From an uncultured OCS116 cluster bacterium (lineage in GTDB: Bacteria > Pseudomonadota > Alphaproteobacteria > Rhizobiales > TMED25): a stretch of DNA of 64,000 bases. The notes under the pieces are model-generated. The model had not been told where the DNA came from, did not search any database, and saw only the letters and a program-made list of their open reading frames with translations. This document shows positions 39,246 through 48,785 of this stretch, in pieces (positions within the stretch are counted from its first letter, which is position 1; each line of letters begins with the position of its first letter). Both the position numbers and the translations under genes were made by a program. Location: contig CACMIP010000001.1 of NCBI GenBank assembly GCA_902613795.1, positions 42,087-106,086 on the forward strand. Reading direction: 5' to 3'.

Positions 39246-40379
39246 TTAAAAGTTAAAATTCATCCCTTGAAGCGTATTATCTAACGTTTTGAGAAAAAAA
39301 TCTACTTGTTCAGGATAGTTATGCCAGCCAAAACTAACTCTTATTGCGCTATTTGCTTCGCTTTCATGATAATTTAGAGCACGTAAAACATGTGAACCAC
39401 CAATTTTTCCAGACGAACAAGCAGCCCCTGCACTAACTGCTATACCTTCAATATCAAGACCTATAATTATTTTTTCTGATTTAAGCCCCGGAAATATTAA
39501 CGTTGAAATACTTGCATCTTTTTCTGAGCCGAGCGCCGGGATTATAATATTTTTTGAAATTTTCTTTACACCGTCTATCAGCTTTTTGTGTAATTTTAAA
39601 TTATTTCCGCGTTCGCTATCCATTTTGCTAATACATGCCTCAAGCGCTATTTGAAAGGCTGAGATACCAATTACATTCTCAGTGCCAGCTTTTCGACCGA
39701 ATTCCTGTTCTCCGCCAAAAACTTGTTTGTATACAGGCTGACTATGACGCATGTATGCAAGCCCAACGCCATGCAGTCCTCCAATTTTATGTGAAGCAAA
39801 TGAGGCAAAATCTACATAGGCTACAGCCTCCCGCACATCCATTTTTCCGAGTGCCTGTATCATGTCCGAGAAGAAAAGTGCTTCGTATTTTTTGCATATT
39901 TTTGAGATATCTTCTATTGGTTGCAATAGGCCTGTTTCGTTATTTACAAGCATTACGCATACAAGTGTTTTACCTGATAAACTCCCCAAGCGATTTTCAA
40001 AATCAGCTAAATTAATTACTCCATCTGGTGTTAGTTGACATTTTACTTTATTAACATCTGTTGACTTTACCGTGTCAATTACTGCACTATGTTCTGTTTC
40101 AAGATACAAAACATTTGTTATGTTGTAGGTGTGTATGGCATGGCGTATGATATAATTACACGCCTCAGTTCCGCTTGAAGTAAAAAGAATATTTTCTGTC
40201 TGACACTCCAGGATTTCTGAGATTAGGTCTCTGGCTTTACTAATTTGTGCTCTCGATTTTTGACCTTCTTGATGGACCGAAGACGGATTATAAAATCCTT
40301 CTGCACTTCCGCTCTTCAGAAATTGACCCACTTCATTTCTGATTGGCGTTGATGCGGCATTATCAAAGTATACTCTCAT
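39246..40379 (-). CDS. NifS/IscS-like class V cysteine desulfurase (first gene of alpha-type suf operon)
   Basis: SSGTEACN, FASHKIGG (PLP Lys), SAGAACSSG (active Cys). Confidence 0.85.
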   Translation of the reverse strand: MRVYFDNAASTPIRNEVGQFLKSGSAEGFYNPSSVHQEGQKSRAQISKARDLISEILECQTENILFTSSGTEACNYIIRHAIHTYNITNVLYLETEHSAVIDTVKSTDVNKVKCQLTPDGVINLADFENRLGSLSGKTLVCVMLVNNETGLLQPIEDISKICKKYEALFFSDMIQALGKMDVREAVAYVDFASFASHKIGGLHGVGLAYMRHSQPVYKQVFGGEQEFGRKAGTENVIGISAFQIALEACISKMDSERGNNLKLHKKLIDGVKKISKNIIIPALGSEKDASISTLIFPGLKSEKIIIGLDIEGIAVSAGAACSSGKIGGSHVLRALNYHESEANSAIRVSFGWHNYPEQVDFFLKTLDNTLQGMNFNF

Positions 40380-40441
40380 GAGTCAAATATCCATTTGTAT
40401 CAATAAAAATTTCAACGGTGTTAAAAGCACTAAAAATATAG

Positions 40442-40459
40442 AATTCCATATTTGGAATT
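40442..40459. promoter_or_regulatory. Perfect 7-4-7 palindrome in the suf / hydrolase divergent promoter region (candidate operator)
   Basis: AATTCCA-tatt-TGGAATT, 63-80 nt upstream of the nifS-like ATG. I recognise no known consensus (IscR/RirA/Irr). Confidence 0.3.
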
Positions 40460-40603
40460 AAAAACATAATGCAAATCCTTCGCATTGAGAATTACTACTT
40501 ATATAATCCGAAAATAAAAAAATTCATCCCATTGAACAAATATATTTACTATTGTTAATCATATATGCTAATTATTGCAAGTTGAATGCATTGGGAGGGA
40601 TAA

Positions 40604-41245
40604 ATGCCAGAGATCATGTTTAATGGTCCATCAGGTCGTATTGAAGGACGCTACCACCACAACGAGAGTCCTGAATCTAAAATTGTTCTCTTGTTACACC
40701 CTCACCCAAAATTTGGTGGCACAATGAATAACCCAATTATACACAACGCGTACTATACTTTTGTTAAGAATGGGTTTTCAGTTTTAAGATTTAATTTTAG
40801 AGGTGTGGGAAAAAGTCAGGGAGAGTATGATGCGGGCATTGGCGAGCTTTCTGACGCAGCATCTGCCTTGGATTGGATACAAGAGTTAAATAGGGACTCA
40901 ACAGGTTGTTGGGTTGCTGGATTTTCCTTTGGAGCCTGGATAGCAATGCAATTACTGATGAGGCGACCCGAAATAGAGTCATTTATATCGATATCTCCGC
41001 CCGCTAATCTGTATGATTTCAATTTCTTGGCGCCCTGCCCCTCATCAGGACTGATAATCAATGGATCGGATGATATTGTTGCACCAAAACCTGACATTCA
41101 AAAGCTTGTCGATAGACTCAAATCCCAAAAAGGTATTGAAATTAATCACTCACTAATCGATGGAGCAAATCACTTCTTTGATAATGAAATTGACTCACTT
41201 AACGATGAAATTTCAAAATACATATCAAAAATACTCAATAAATAA
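40604..41245 (+). CDS. Alpha/beta hydrolase (COG2945-like)
   Basis: Nucleophile elbow GFSFGAW (GxSxG). About 210 aa. Confidence 0.6.
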   Translation: MPEIMFNGPSGRIEGRYHHNESPESKIVLLLHPHPKFGGTMNNPIIHNAYYTFVKNGFSVLRFNFRGVGKSQGEYDAGIGELSDAASALDWIQELNRDSTGCWVAGFSFGAWIAMQLLMRRPEIESFISISPPANLYDFNFLAPCPSSGLIINGSDDIVAPKPDIQKLVDRLKSQKGIEINHSLIDGANHFFDNEIDSLNDEISKYISKILNK

Positions 41246-41250
41246 ATCAC

Positions 41251-42363
41251 TTAACCAATTGGCCTGAATATAGACCCGCCACTCATCGCTGATTGGATAC
41301 CTGTTGTAGTAGGATATGAAATATCTAAATTTAATAGGCACCTTACCGCTAGATAAGCAAAAGCTTCAGACTCAACATACCTACTGCTGATACCAATACT
41401 GTCTGATGTAATTACCTCTTTTTTTGATAATTCTGAAATTTTTTTCGTTATGTATTTATTTTTACTACCGCCGCCGCATATAATAATTTTGTTGACATCA
41501 GTTGGAAAATATTTCACAGCGTCAACTATTGTATTTGCCGTAAAATAACTTAAAGTTGAAATTAAATTTTGAGGTGATTCTTCGCAGCTTTTAAGATATT
41601 TATGGAAATAATTTCGATCTAATGATTTTGGTGGTGCTTGATTAAAAAATTCGTCACTCATTAATATTGCAAGAAATTTACTATCTACATCTCCCTGTAA
41701 TGCCAATCGACCTTCATGGTCAAATTCTTCTGAAAAATACTTAATCATCATATCATCTATCAAACAGTTGCCAGGGCCAGTATCGCATGCAATGACGCAT
41801 TCGCCGTCAATGTAAGTCATATTTGATATACCCCCAATATTCACAACTGCTATTGGTCCCTGAAAGGCTTTACTAAATCGTGCGGCGTGATATATTGGAG
41901 TAAGAGGGGCGCCTTGACCACCATTTAATATATCGCACATTCTAAAATTAAAAATAACAGGGATATTTAACATATTCGATAAATATTTTGGATCTCCAAG
42001 TTGTATTGAAATTTTATTTAATGGACTGTGATATACTGTCTGACCATGGTAGCCGATTAAATCTACTTTTAATGATCGGTCAGTATTCTTCTCTAAAATT
42101 TCATTGATAGCAGATAGATTTAGGTCGGAAAGAGATCTTTTCAATTTATGTATGTCAGCCCAGCTTATGTTTTTTTCGTGAAATTGTTCTGATGCCTCTT
42201 TTAATTTAACTTTTATATCAACCGGATAGTCAATTGAGCAATTCAAGATATAATCATAAACCATAAATCCGTCAGTTTGTATTAAAGAAGCATCGATACC
42301 ATCCATGGAGGTTCCGCTCATTAAACCAATAGAATAAAATTTTTTTACATTTTTTTTACACAT
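41251..42363 (-). CDS. anmK: Anhydro-N-acetylmuramic acid kinase
   Basis: N-terminal GLMSGTSMDGIDAS motif. 370 aa. Divergent from tyrS, as in many proteobacteria. Confidence 0.85.
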   Translation of the reverse strand: MCKKNVKKFYSIGLMSGTSMDGIDASLIQTDGFMVYDYILNCSIDYPVDIKVKLKEASEQFHEKNISWADIHKLKRSLSDLNLSAINEILEKNTDRSLKVDLIGYHGQTVYHSPLNKISIQLGDPKYLSNMLNIPVIFNFRMCDILNGGQGAPLTPIYHAARFSKAFQGPIAVVNIGGISNMTYIDGECVIACDTGPGNCLIDDMMIKYFSEEFDHEGRLALQGDVDSKFLAILMSDEFFNQAPPKSLDRNYFHKYLKSCEESPQNLISTLSYFTANTIVDAVKYFPTDVNKIIICGGGSKNKYITKKISELSKKEVITSDSIGISSRYVESEAFAYLAVRCLLNLDISYPTTTGIQSAMSGGSIFRPIG

Positions 42364-42427
42364 TTATATTGATATGTAAGCCAACGTATTTAATATAAAT
42401 TTAATTTTTATCAATTTATCTTAAGAC

Positions 42428-43684
42428 ATGGCAAACTTGAATAAGAAAAAATTTAAATCGGAATTTTTGCATACTCTAAATGATAGAGGCTTTATTCACC
42501 AAACCTCTAATGATGATGACGCAGACCATTATTTAAATAGTGGAAATGCAGTGGGTTATATTGGATTTGATTTGACCGCAAAAAGCTTACATGTTGGCTC
42601 TCTCCTGCAAATTATGCTTCTAAAATGGATGCAGGTTTACGAACATAAACCTATCATTCTTTTTGGAGGAGGAACGACTTTAATTGGTGACCCCTCAGGA
42701 AAAGATGAGACCAGAAAAATAATAAAGGAGAATGATATTAGCCAAAATGAGATTGGGATTTTGAAAGTATTTAAAAAATTTCTTAATCTTGATAAAAGTA
42801 AGATAATCATAGAGAATAATGCAAATTGGCTGAAAGATCTAAATTATATTTCCTTCTTAAGAGACTATGGAAAACATTTTACCCTAAATAGAATGTTAAC
42901 ATTTGACTCTGTCAAATTAAGATTAGACAGAGAGCAGCCTCTTACATTTTTAGAGTTTAATTATATGCTGTTTCAGGCATATGACTATCTTGAATTATTC
43001 AGGAGGCATGGTTGTAGAGTGCAAATGGGCGGCTCTGATCAATGGGGAAATATTATAAATGGTATCGAGTTAGTCAGACGAACATGCAAAGATGAGGTAT
43101 ATGCCATAACTACGCCACTAATTACAACAGCATCAGGCACAAAAATGGGAAAAACAGCAGATGGCGCAATTTGGCTAGATGAAGACCTTACAGATCCCTA
43201 TGATTTTTGGCAATTCTGGAGAAATACTGATGATAAGGATGTAATTAGATTTTTAAAACTTTTTACAGACTTATCAATGGAGGAGATAAATAGATTATCT
43301 AAACTCAAAGGCGAGGAGATTAATGAGGCTAAAAAGATCCTTGCTAACGAACTGACCAAAAATACTCATGGTGAGGATACTTCTAAAAAGGTTTACAATT
43401 CTGCCTTGGAGACTTTTGAAAAGAAGGTAATATCAGAAAATCTTCCCGTCAGAATATTAAATTCTAGTAGTTTTTCTAATGGATATGGGCTCCTAAGTAT
43501 TTTAGTTGAGGTTGGGTTTGCAAGTTCAAACAGTGACGCAAGAAAATCCATATATAATGGCGCGATAAGGCTTAATGATATAAATCTTAACGATCCATCA
43601 AAAGTTTTTACAAGTGAAGAAATTAATGGCTCAAAATTATCCTTTGGAAAGAAAAAACACTTGCTTTTGAGAGTAAATAATTAA
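42428..43684 (+). CDS. tyrS: Tyrosine--tRNA ligase
   Basis: HIGH-class HVGS and KMSKS-class KMGKT motifs. C-terminal S4-like domain. Confidence 0.95.
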   Translation: MANLNKKKFKSEFLHTLNDRGFIHQTSNDDDADHYLNSGNAVGYIGFDLTAKSLHVGSLLQIMLLKWMQVYEHKPIILFGGGTTLIGDPSGKDETRKIIKENDISQNEIGILKVFKKFLNLDKSKIIIENNANWLKDLNYISFLRDYGKHFTLNRMLTFDSVKLRLDREQPLTFLEFNYMLFQAYDYLELFRRHGCRVQMGGSDQWGNIINGIELVRRTCKDEVYAITTPLITTASGTKMGKTADGAIWLDEDLTDPYDFWQFWRNTDDKDVIRFLKLFTDLSMEEINRLSKLKGEEINEAKKILANELTKNTHGEDTSKKVYNSALETFEKKVISENLPVRILNSSSFSNGYGLLSILVEVGFASSNSDARKSIYNGAIRLNDINLNDPSKVFTSEEINGSKLSFGKKKHLLLRVNN

Positions 43685-46600
43685 TCATAATCAAAAGCGT
43701 CCCTGAATATACCTGGAGCCAATAGTCCAGTTGGATTTACTATAAGAAGAGTGTTCTCGCCCCATGAGTCCCTCGCGATCTGAAAAGGAAGTGAAAACAT
43801 ACAGTTATCATCTCCCCCTGTTAGTACCGGGCCAAATATTGGGATAGTCCCAAATGATGCATTCAATTCATATTCCGGGCAATAGGTACCAGGTAATTTT
43901 AATGTACCCGTCTCATTATTTAATTGACCACTTAGTTGAAACTTCACATTTTGACCAAAAAGCTCAGCCCCGTCGATAAGAAGTGTTTCATCAATAATTC
44001 TATATCTTGCCCTTGAGTCAAATTGAACTCTGTTAATGTCAATTAATTCACTTGGACTTGACTCCACAAATAATCTTGCTAAATACTTATCATTATAGAT
44101 ATCAATATTTTCAATAAATACTTCGCCACTCATATTATTAATATTTGGACCGGTGGCTCGTAATTGTAAATTCCCATTGAAACCATTCTGATATAGCCCT
44201 AGGAAGCCCAAAAAAGCACCCGCATCTGAGGCATTTACGCCTAAGTCTGCTGGCAGATTTTCTTCTTGTAGGGTGTATTTGACTTCAATTCGTTTATTGG
44301 TATCCTGATTAAAAAAACCATCCAACTGCATCCGATTAAGTTTTTTATTTTGCACAATGATTTCACCTGAAAGCAGTCCAATTTCTCGATTATTACCAAT
44401 CACCTTATCAATGTTAACGATATTTAAGCGCATATTTGGTAGATTTTTCAAAATATTTTTATCATTCCTCTCTCTAGAAAATAAATTTTCTTGGATGAAG
44501 GCCGATAGGTCAGCTTCTTTTGCTATTACTTCAGCCATAAGTATATTATTTTCAACATAACCAATTACCTGCGCATCTGAGATATCATCAGATGATAAAT
44601 TTAATACTTCAAAATCTACTAAATCCCAATTATTTGTTAGGGGGTTAAAAGACCTCCTTAGTTCCAGTTCAAAAACAATATTCTCTGCGTTATACTCCAT
44701 TTTGTATTTTGCAATTCCGTCATTAGTGGGCTTATCTACTATAAATCTAACTTCAGCCCTATCATTCGTAAGCTTCACATTTTTAAAAAATGGATATAAA
44801 ATACTTACATTTGTTAAGTCACTTTCGATACTAACTTTATCAAAAGAGTTGATATCTAAACTATCAATGTCTGATAGGGGTAGTACGATATTTACCTCTG
44901 TTGGTATCCTGCCTAATCCAGTTATATAATTTGCTAAAGCTGGCTGGAGTATACTCAATTCTGTTGGACTGGGTTGCGCTTCAATTGCTATCTCCAATTT
45001 AGGCTCTGCTGACGAGATATCAGCGAGAATATCAAATTTAGACTGTATTCCACTAATATTAAACTCACCAGACGAGCTTATTTTTGAGTTCTCAATCTCA
45101 AAAACAGCAAGCGGCGAAACAAAAACATTCTCGTTATCAAGTCTAAATGAGAACTGTTCAACTTCAATGTTTGCCTTTAAATCTTCACCAAAACTAGGTC
45201 CGGTAGCTGTAGGAAACTTAACATTGGCAGCAATATTAGCGTTACCTGAGATCCTTGACTCCACTGATTTTAACTTTTCAGGATCAATCCCTAAATATGC
45301 CAAATAATCAACGCAAACATTTAGCTCACACTCTGCGTTTATGTCAAATGCGGCAATGCTTTGTTCGCCAATAATATTAATTTCACCTGAAGTTTGTGTT
45401 ACGTTTGCTAGGCCTTTTTCAAGCACTAAATTTCCATTAAAAATTTCAGCTAATATTTTCCCATCATTGAGTATTATCGTTCCACTTCCTTCAGAGATTT
45501 TTGGGTGACCTTTATAGTAGGAGAATTCAGAGTCGCTGAACTTCAAACGCATATCAACTGAGGAATTACTCTCTTTATCAGTCATCCTATTAAGTGTTAA
45601 CTCATCAATAGATCCTGAAAATACATTTTGACTGAACCAATTAGTGATTTTATTTTCATTTATTAAGGAAAATAATTCTTTAACATTTTCAACATTTGAA
45701 TTTTCAATCATTATTTCAATTCCTTTAAGATTAGCAAGCTTCTCTTCTCTAATACTTACCTTGCCCTCACTGAGTTCACCGTCTAATTTTTGAAAATTAA
45801 TTTCATTGTTTGCAGGATCAACATTCACAATAACGTTACCGTTATTAACTATTTTACGCCCGCTCTTGAAAAGGCTTAAGCCCGAAAGATTGGCGTCAAA
45901 TGTTGTTACTTTACCCCCGCCATCATAATTTAACTTAATTACCCCTTTGGTGTTCAAGCTAAAATCATCATGCTTAATTTGTATCTCATTAATATCTACC
46001 TTTCCCTCGGAACTGATATAGGAAACGCTAAAATATGCATCTTCGATATTATGAATATCTTGTTTCGAGTATGGCAGTTCTACTTCAAAGCTACCCGCAC
46101 CGATGTTTAAATCTAAGGTCGAGTCAATTATCCTTCCCAATGAATTAAAATTAAGATTGAGACGTCCTGATAAACTGCCATCATAAATATTTTCATAGGA
46201 TGCAGAGTCGATACCCGCCATAAACTCATTTATATTTATATTCTTAAATATGATGTCTGCATTCGTAATACCGTTCTCAGTATTATGATTTACTAAAATT
46301 TCTACATTTTGAGAATCTAATGAGGAGTCCCTGATATATTCAAATTTCAAGTCTTGAGAGCCATTAATTGTTTCTGAGCTAAATGATAGATCATCCAATT
46401 TAACTTGCCGGTCGGTTGACTCAATCAAAATAGATCCATTCTCTAAACTTAGAGTGTTATTCGAATTTTGTTTAGCATTATTATTCTGTAGCGCAACATT
46501 TATAGCGCTAAGCATATTTTGATAAAAATGATGAGATGTGACTGCCTGATTTCCAAATTCTAAAGCATCAATATATGCCACCTGATTTTGCTCATTAATT

Positions 46601-47061
46601 ATTAACTCACGATCTAAATTTGTTCCGAGGTCCTGAAGAAGAATGTCCAGATTTACAAAAATTTGAGGATCATAAATCGTAATATCATTAAAATTTCTAC
46701 CATTAAATAATTCGGATATTGGACCGAAAATTGAGCTCAAAAATCCATTCTTAAGTCTAGTATTCGCAGCAGTAATTGTTGTGCCCATTCGATCACTCTT
46801 TATTCGCATCCCTTCAAGGGATACCGAAATTTCTTGATTTTCTGATTTCGACAAAACAATCTTTTCAAAATCAAATTTGAGTCCTGAATAATTTTGATTT
46901 AAGTACCCTTGGACTTGGGAGTTTATAAATGTGACATCAAGATCACCAGACTCAAGCTTGCTATCCAACCATGACTTGAAAATAAGGAAAAGTGATAATG
47001 TAATTGCAGCTAGGATGCCCATAAAATAAGATAGATATTTAAAAACTGGTCTTAACTTCAT
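43681..47061 (-). CDS. AsmA/YhdP-like large envelope protein (DUF3971-type architecture)
   Basis: 1126 aa. Single N-terminal TM anchor followed by a long repetitive beta-rich body. Assigned from architecture only. Confidence 0.5.
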   Translation of the reverse strand: MKLRPVFKYLSYFMGILAAITLSLFLIFKSWLDSKLESGDLDVTFINSQVQGYLNQNYSGLKFDFEKIVLSKSENQEISVSLEGMRIKSDRMGTTITAANTRLKNGFLSSIFGPISELFNGRNFNDITIYDPQIFVNLDILLQDLGTNLDRELIINEQNQVAYIDALEFGNQAVTSHHFYQNMLSAINVALQNNNAKQNSNNTLSLENGSILIESTDRQVKLDDLSFSSETINGSQDLKFEYIRDSSLDSQNVEILVNHNTENGITNADIIFKNININEFMAGIDSASYENIYDGSLSGRLNLNFNSLGRIIDSTLDLNIGAGSFEVELPYSKQDIHNIEDAYFSVSYISSEGKVDINEIQIKHDDFSLNTKGVIKLNYDGGGKVTTFDANLSGLSLFKSGRKIVNNGNVIVNVDPANNEINFQKLDGELSEGKVSIREEKLANLKGIEIMIENSNVENVKELFSLINENKITNWFSQNVFSGSIDELTLNRMTDKESNSSVDMRLKFSDSEFSYYKGHPKISEGSGTIILNDGKILAEIFNGNLVLEKGLANVTQTSGEINIIGEQSIAAFDINAECELNVCVDYLAYLGIDPEKLKSVESRISGNANIAANVKFPTATGPSFGEDLKANIEVEQFSFRLDNENVFVSPLAVFEIENSKISSSGEFNISGIQSKFDILADISSAEPKLEIAIEAQPSPTELSILQPALANYITGLGRIPTEVNIVLPLSDIDSLDINSFDKVSIESDLTNVSILYPFFKNVKLTNDRAEVRFIVDKPTNDGIAKYKMEYNAENIVFELELRRSFNPLTNNWDLVDFEVLNLSSDDISDAQVIGYVENNILMAEVIAKEADLSAFIQENLFSRERNDKNILKNLPNMRLNIVNIDKVIGNNREIGLLSGEIIVQNKKLNRMQLDGFFNQDTNKRIEVKYTLQEENLPADLGVNASDAGAFLGFLGLYQNGFNGNLQLRATGPNINNMSGEVFIENIDIYNDKYLARLFVESSPSELIDINRVQFDSRARYRIIDETLLIDGAELFGQNVKFQLSGQLNNETGTLKLPGTYCPEYELNASFGTIPIFGPVLTGGDDNCMFSLPFQIARDSWGENTLLIVNPTGLLAPGIFRDAFDYD

Positions 47062-47212
47062 GAAATATTTAGAAACCTACAAACAAAAAATATTATTAGT
47101 TTTAGACTTAACAATCCTTGTAAAAATAACTTAATGTAATAATATTAATATAGATATCTAAATATTTAGTTATCTTATCTTTAATTCTCACTAGAATATA
47201 CAGGAGTCAGTA

Positions 47213-47674
47213 ATGATAAACGAAGGTGATAATGCAATAAACTTTAAAATGCCAATTGACGATGAAAACTTTGTAACACTTGACTCATTTCCTGATAACA
47301 ATATTGTTCTCTATTTTTACCCCAAAGATGATACGCCCGGTTGTACAAGAGAGGCTATTGATTTTACTTCTCACATAAATGCTTTTAAAGAATGTAAAAC
47401 AACAATCATAGGGGTATCCGCAGACTCAATATCTAAGCACAAAAAATTTATTGAAAAGCACAAACTTGAAGTTATTCTCGCCTCCGATGAAGACAAAAAG
47501 GTTTGTGAAGACTATGGGGTTTGGATTGAGAAAAGTATGTACGGTAAAAAGTTTATGGGCATCGAAAGAGCGACCATATTGATTGATAAAAATCGAAAAA
47601 TTAGAAAAATTTGGCGTAAAGTGAACGTTACCGGACATGTCGAAGAAGTATTGGAGGCTGCACAAAATATCTAA
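47213..47674 (+). CDS. bcp: Peroxiredoxin Bcp/PrxQ
   Basis: YFYPKDDTPGCTREA peroxidatic-Cys motif. 153 aa. Confidence 0.85.
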   Translation: MINEGDNAINFKMPIDDENFVTLDSFPDNNIVLYFYPKDDTPGCTREAIDFTSHINAFKECKTTIIGVSADSISKHKKFIEKHKLEVILASDEDKKVCEDYGVWIEKSMYGKKFMGIERATILIDKNRKIRKIWRKVNVTGHVEEVLEAAQNI

Positions 47675-47677
47675 GTT

Positions 47678-48773
47678 TTAAAGTAATTCTGTCAGTGCCG
47701 ACTCAAGGAAACCATCAATATCTCCATCTAATATCGCGTCAGGGTTGGAACTCTCAAGTTTTGTCCTGAGATCTTTTACCTGACGATAGGGATGCAACAC
47801 ATACGAACGAATTTGATGCCCCCATCCTATATCAGACTTTTCCTTATTTGCAATGTTGGCAGCTTCTTCTCGCGCTTTTATTTCACTCTCATAGATCTTT
47901 GCACGTAACATATTCCAGGCTGTTTCTTTATTTCTATGCTGCGATCTCTCATTTTGACATTGAACAACGATACCAGTAGGCAGATGGGTAATACGTACCG
48001 CGCTATCTGTTGTATTAACATGCTGCCCCCCTGCTCCACTCGCTCGGTATGTGTCAATTCTTACATCTGATTCTGAAATTTTTATATCAATTTTATCATC
48101 GATTATTGGATAAATGCTGACAGAAGCAAAGCTTGTGTGTCTTCTAGAATTTGAGTCAAAGGGTGATATTCGAACCAATCTGTGTACACCATTTTCTTGT
48201 TTGAGCCAACCATGAGCAAATTTTCCGCAAATCGAAATTATTACACTTTTAATTCCTGCCTCATCTCCATCATGCATACTAATTTGAGTGGTTTTATATC
48301 CTTTTTTCTCTGCCCATTTTAGATACATTCTTAATAACATACTGACCCAATCTTGGCTCTCAGTGCCACCGGCCCCAGCATGTATTTCCAAGTAGGTATC
48401 ATTTGAGTCAACCTCCCCGGAGAATAATGTTTCTAAGTACTTTAACTGGACTTTTTTTTGTATTTCAGTGATATTTTTTTGCGACTCTTCTAATAAATCT
48501 GTATCACTCTCATCTAGTGCTAATTGATATATATCCATGGAGTCTGAAAAAGATACCTTTAGGAGTTCATAGTCGTTTAAACACTGCTCGAGATTTTGTC
48601 TTTCTTGCATTACCTGCTTGGCATTTTCAGGGTTATTCCAAAAATTTTCATTTTCAATTAGGTTATCTAATTCTTTTAACCTCTCTTGAGCGGTATCTAA
48701 TTCAAAGACCCCTCCAAGTCAATTTTAACTTATTATCAATGTCTTGTGTAATTATCTTAAAATCAAAATCCAT
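47678..48773 (-). CDS. prfB: Peptide chain release factor 2, requires programmed +1 frameshift
   Basis: Frame 1: ATG 48773 gives MDFDFKIITQDIDNKLKLTWRGL then an in-frame TGA. The +1 frame continues ELDTAQERLKELDNLIENENFWNNPENAKQVMQERQNL into track ORF 47678..48610. SPF (RISPFDS) and GGQ (SGAGGQHVN) motifs are present. Confidence 0.9.
48702..48715 (-). other. RF2 autoregulatory +1 frameshift site
   Basis: Minus strand: GGAGGGG-T-CTT-TGA-A. An internal SD-like element is followed by a slippery CUU and an in-frame UGA, the same architecture as E. coli AGGGGGUAUCUUUGAC. Confidence 0.85.
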
Positions 48774-48785
48774 AGAAATATCCTT

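Noticed and set aside
39635-40015. 126-aa + strand ORF
   Set aside because: Antisense to the nifS-like cysteine desulfurase (PLP-Lys region). It is a shadow ORF.
47151-47169. Overlapping AT palindromes TAGATATCTA / CTAAATATTTAG upstream of bcp (OxyR/PerR-type operator?)
   Set aside because: They consist purely of A/T and match no known consensus. Palindromes of this kind are expected by chance at this base composition.
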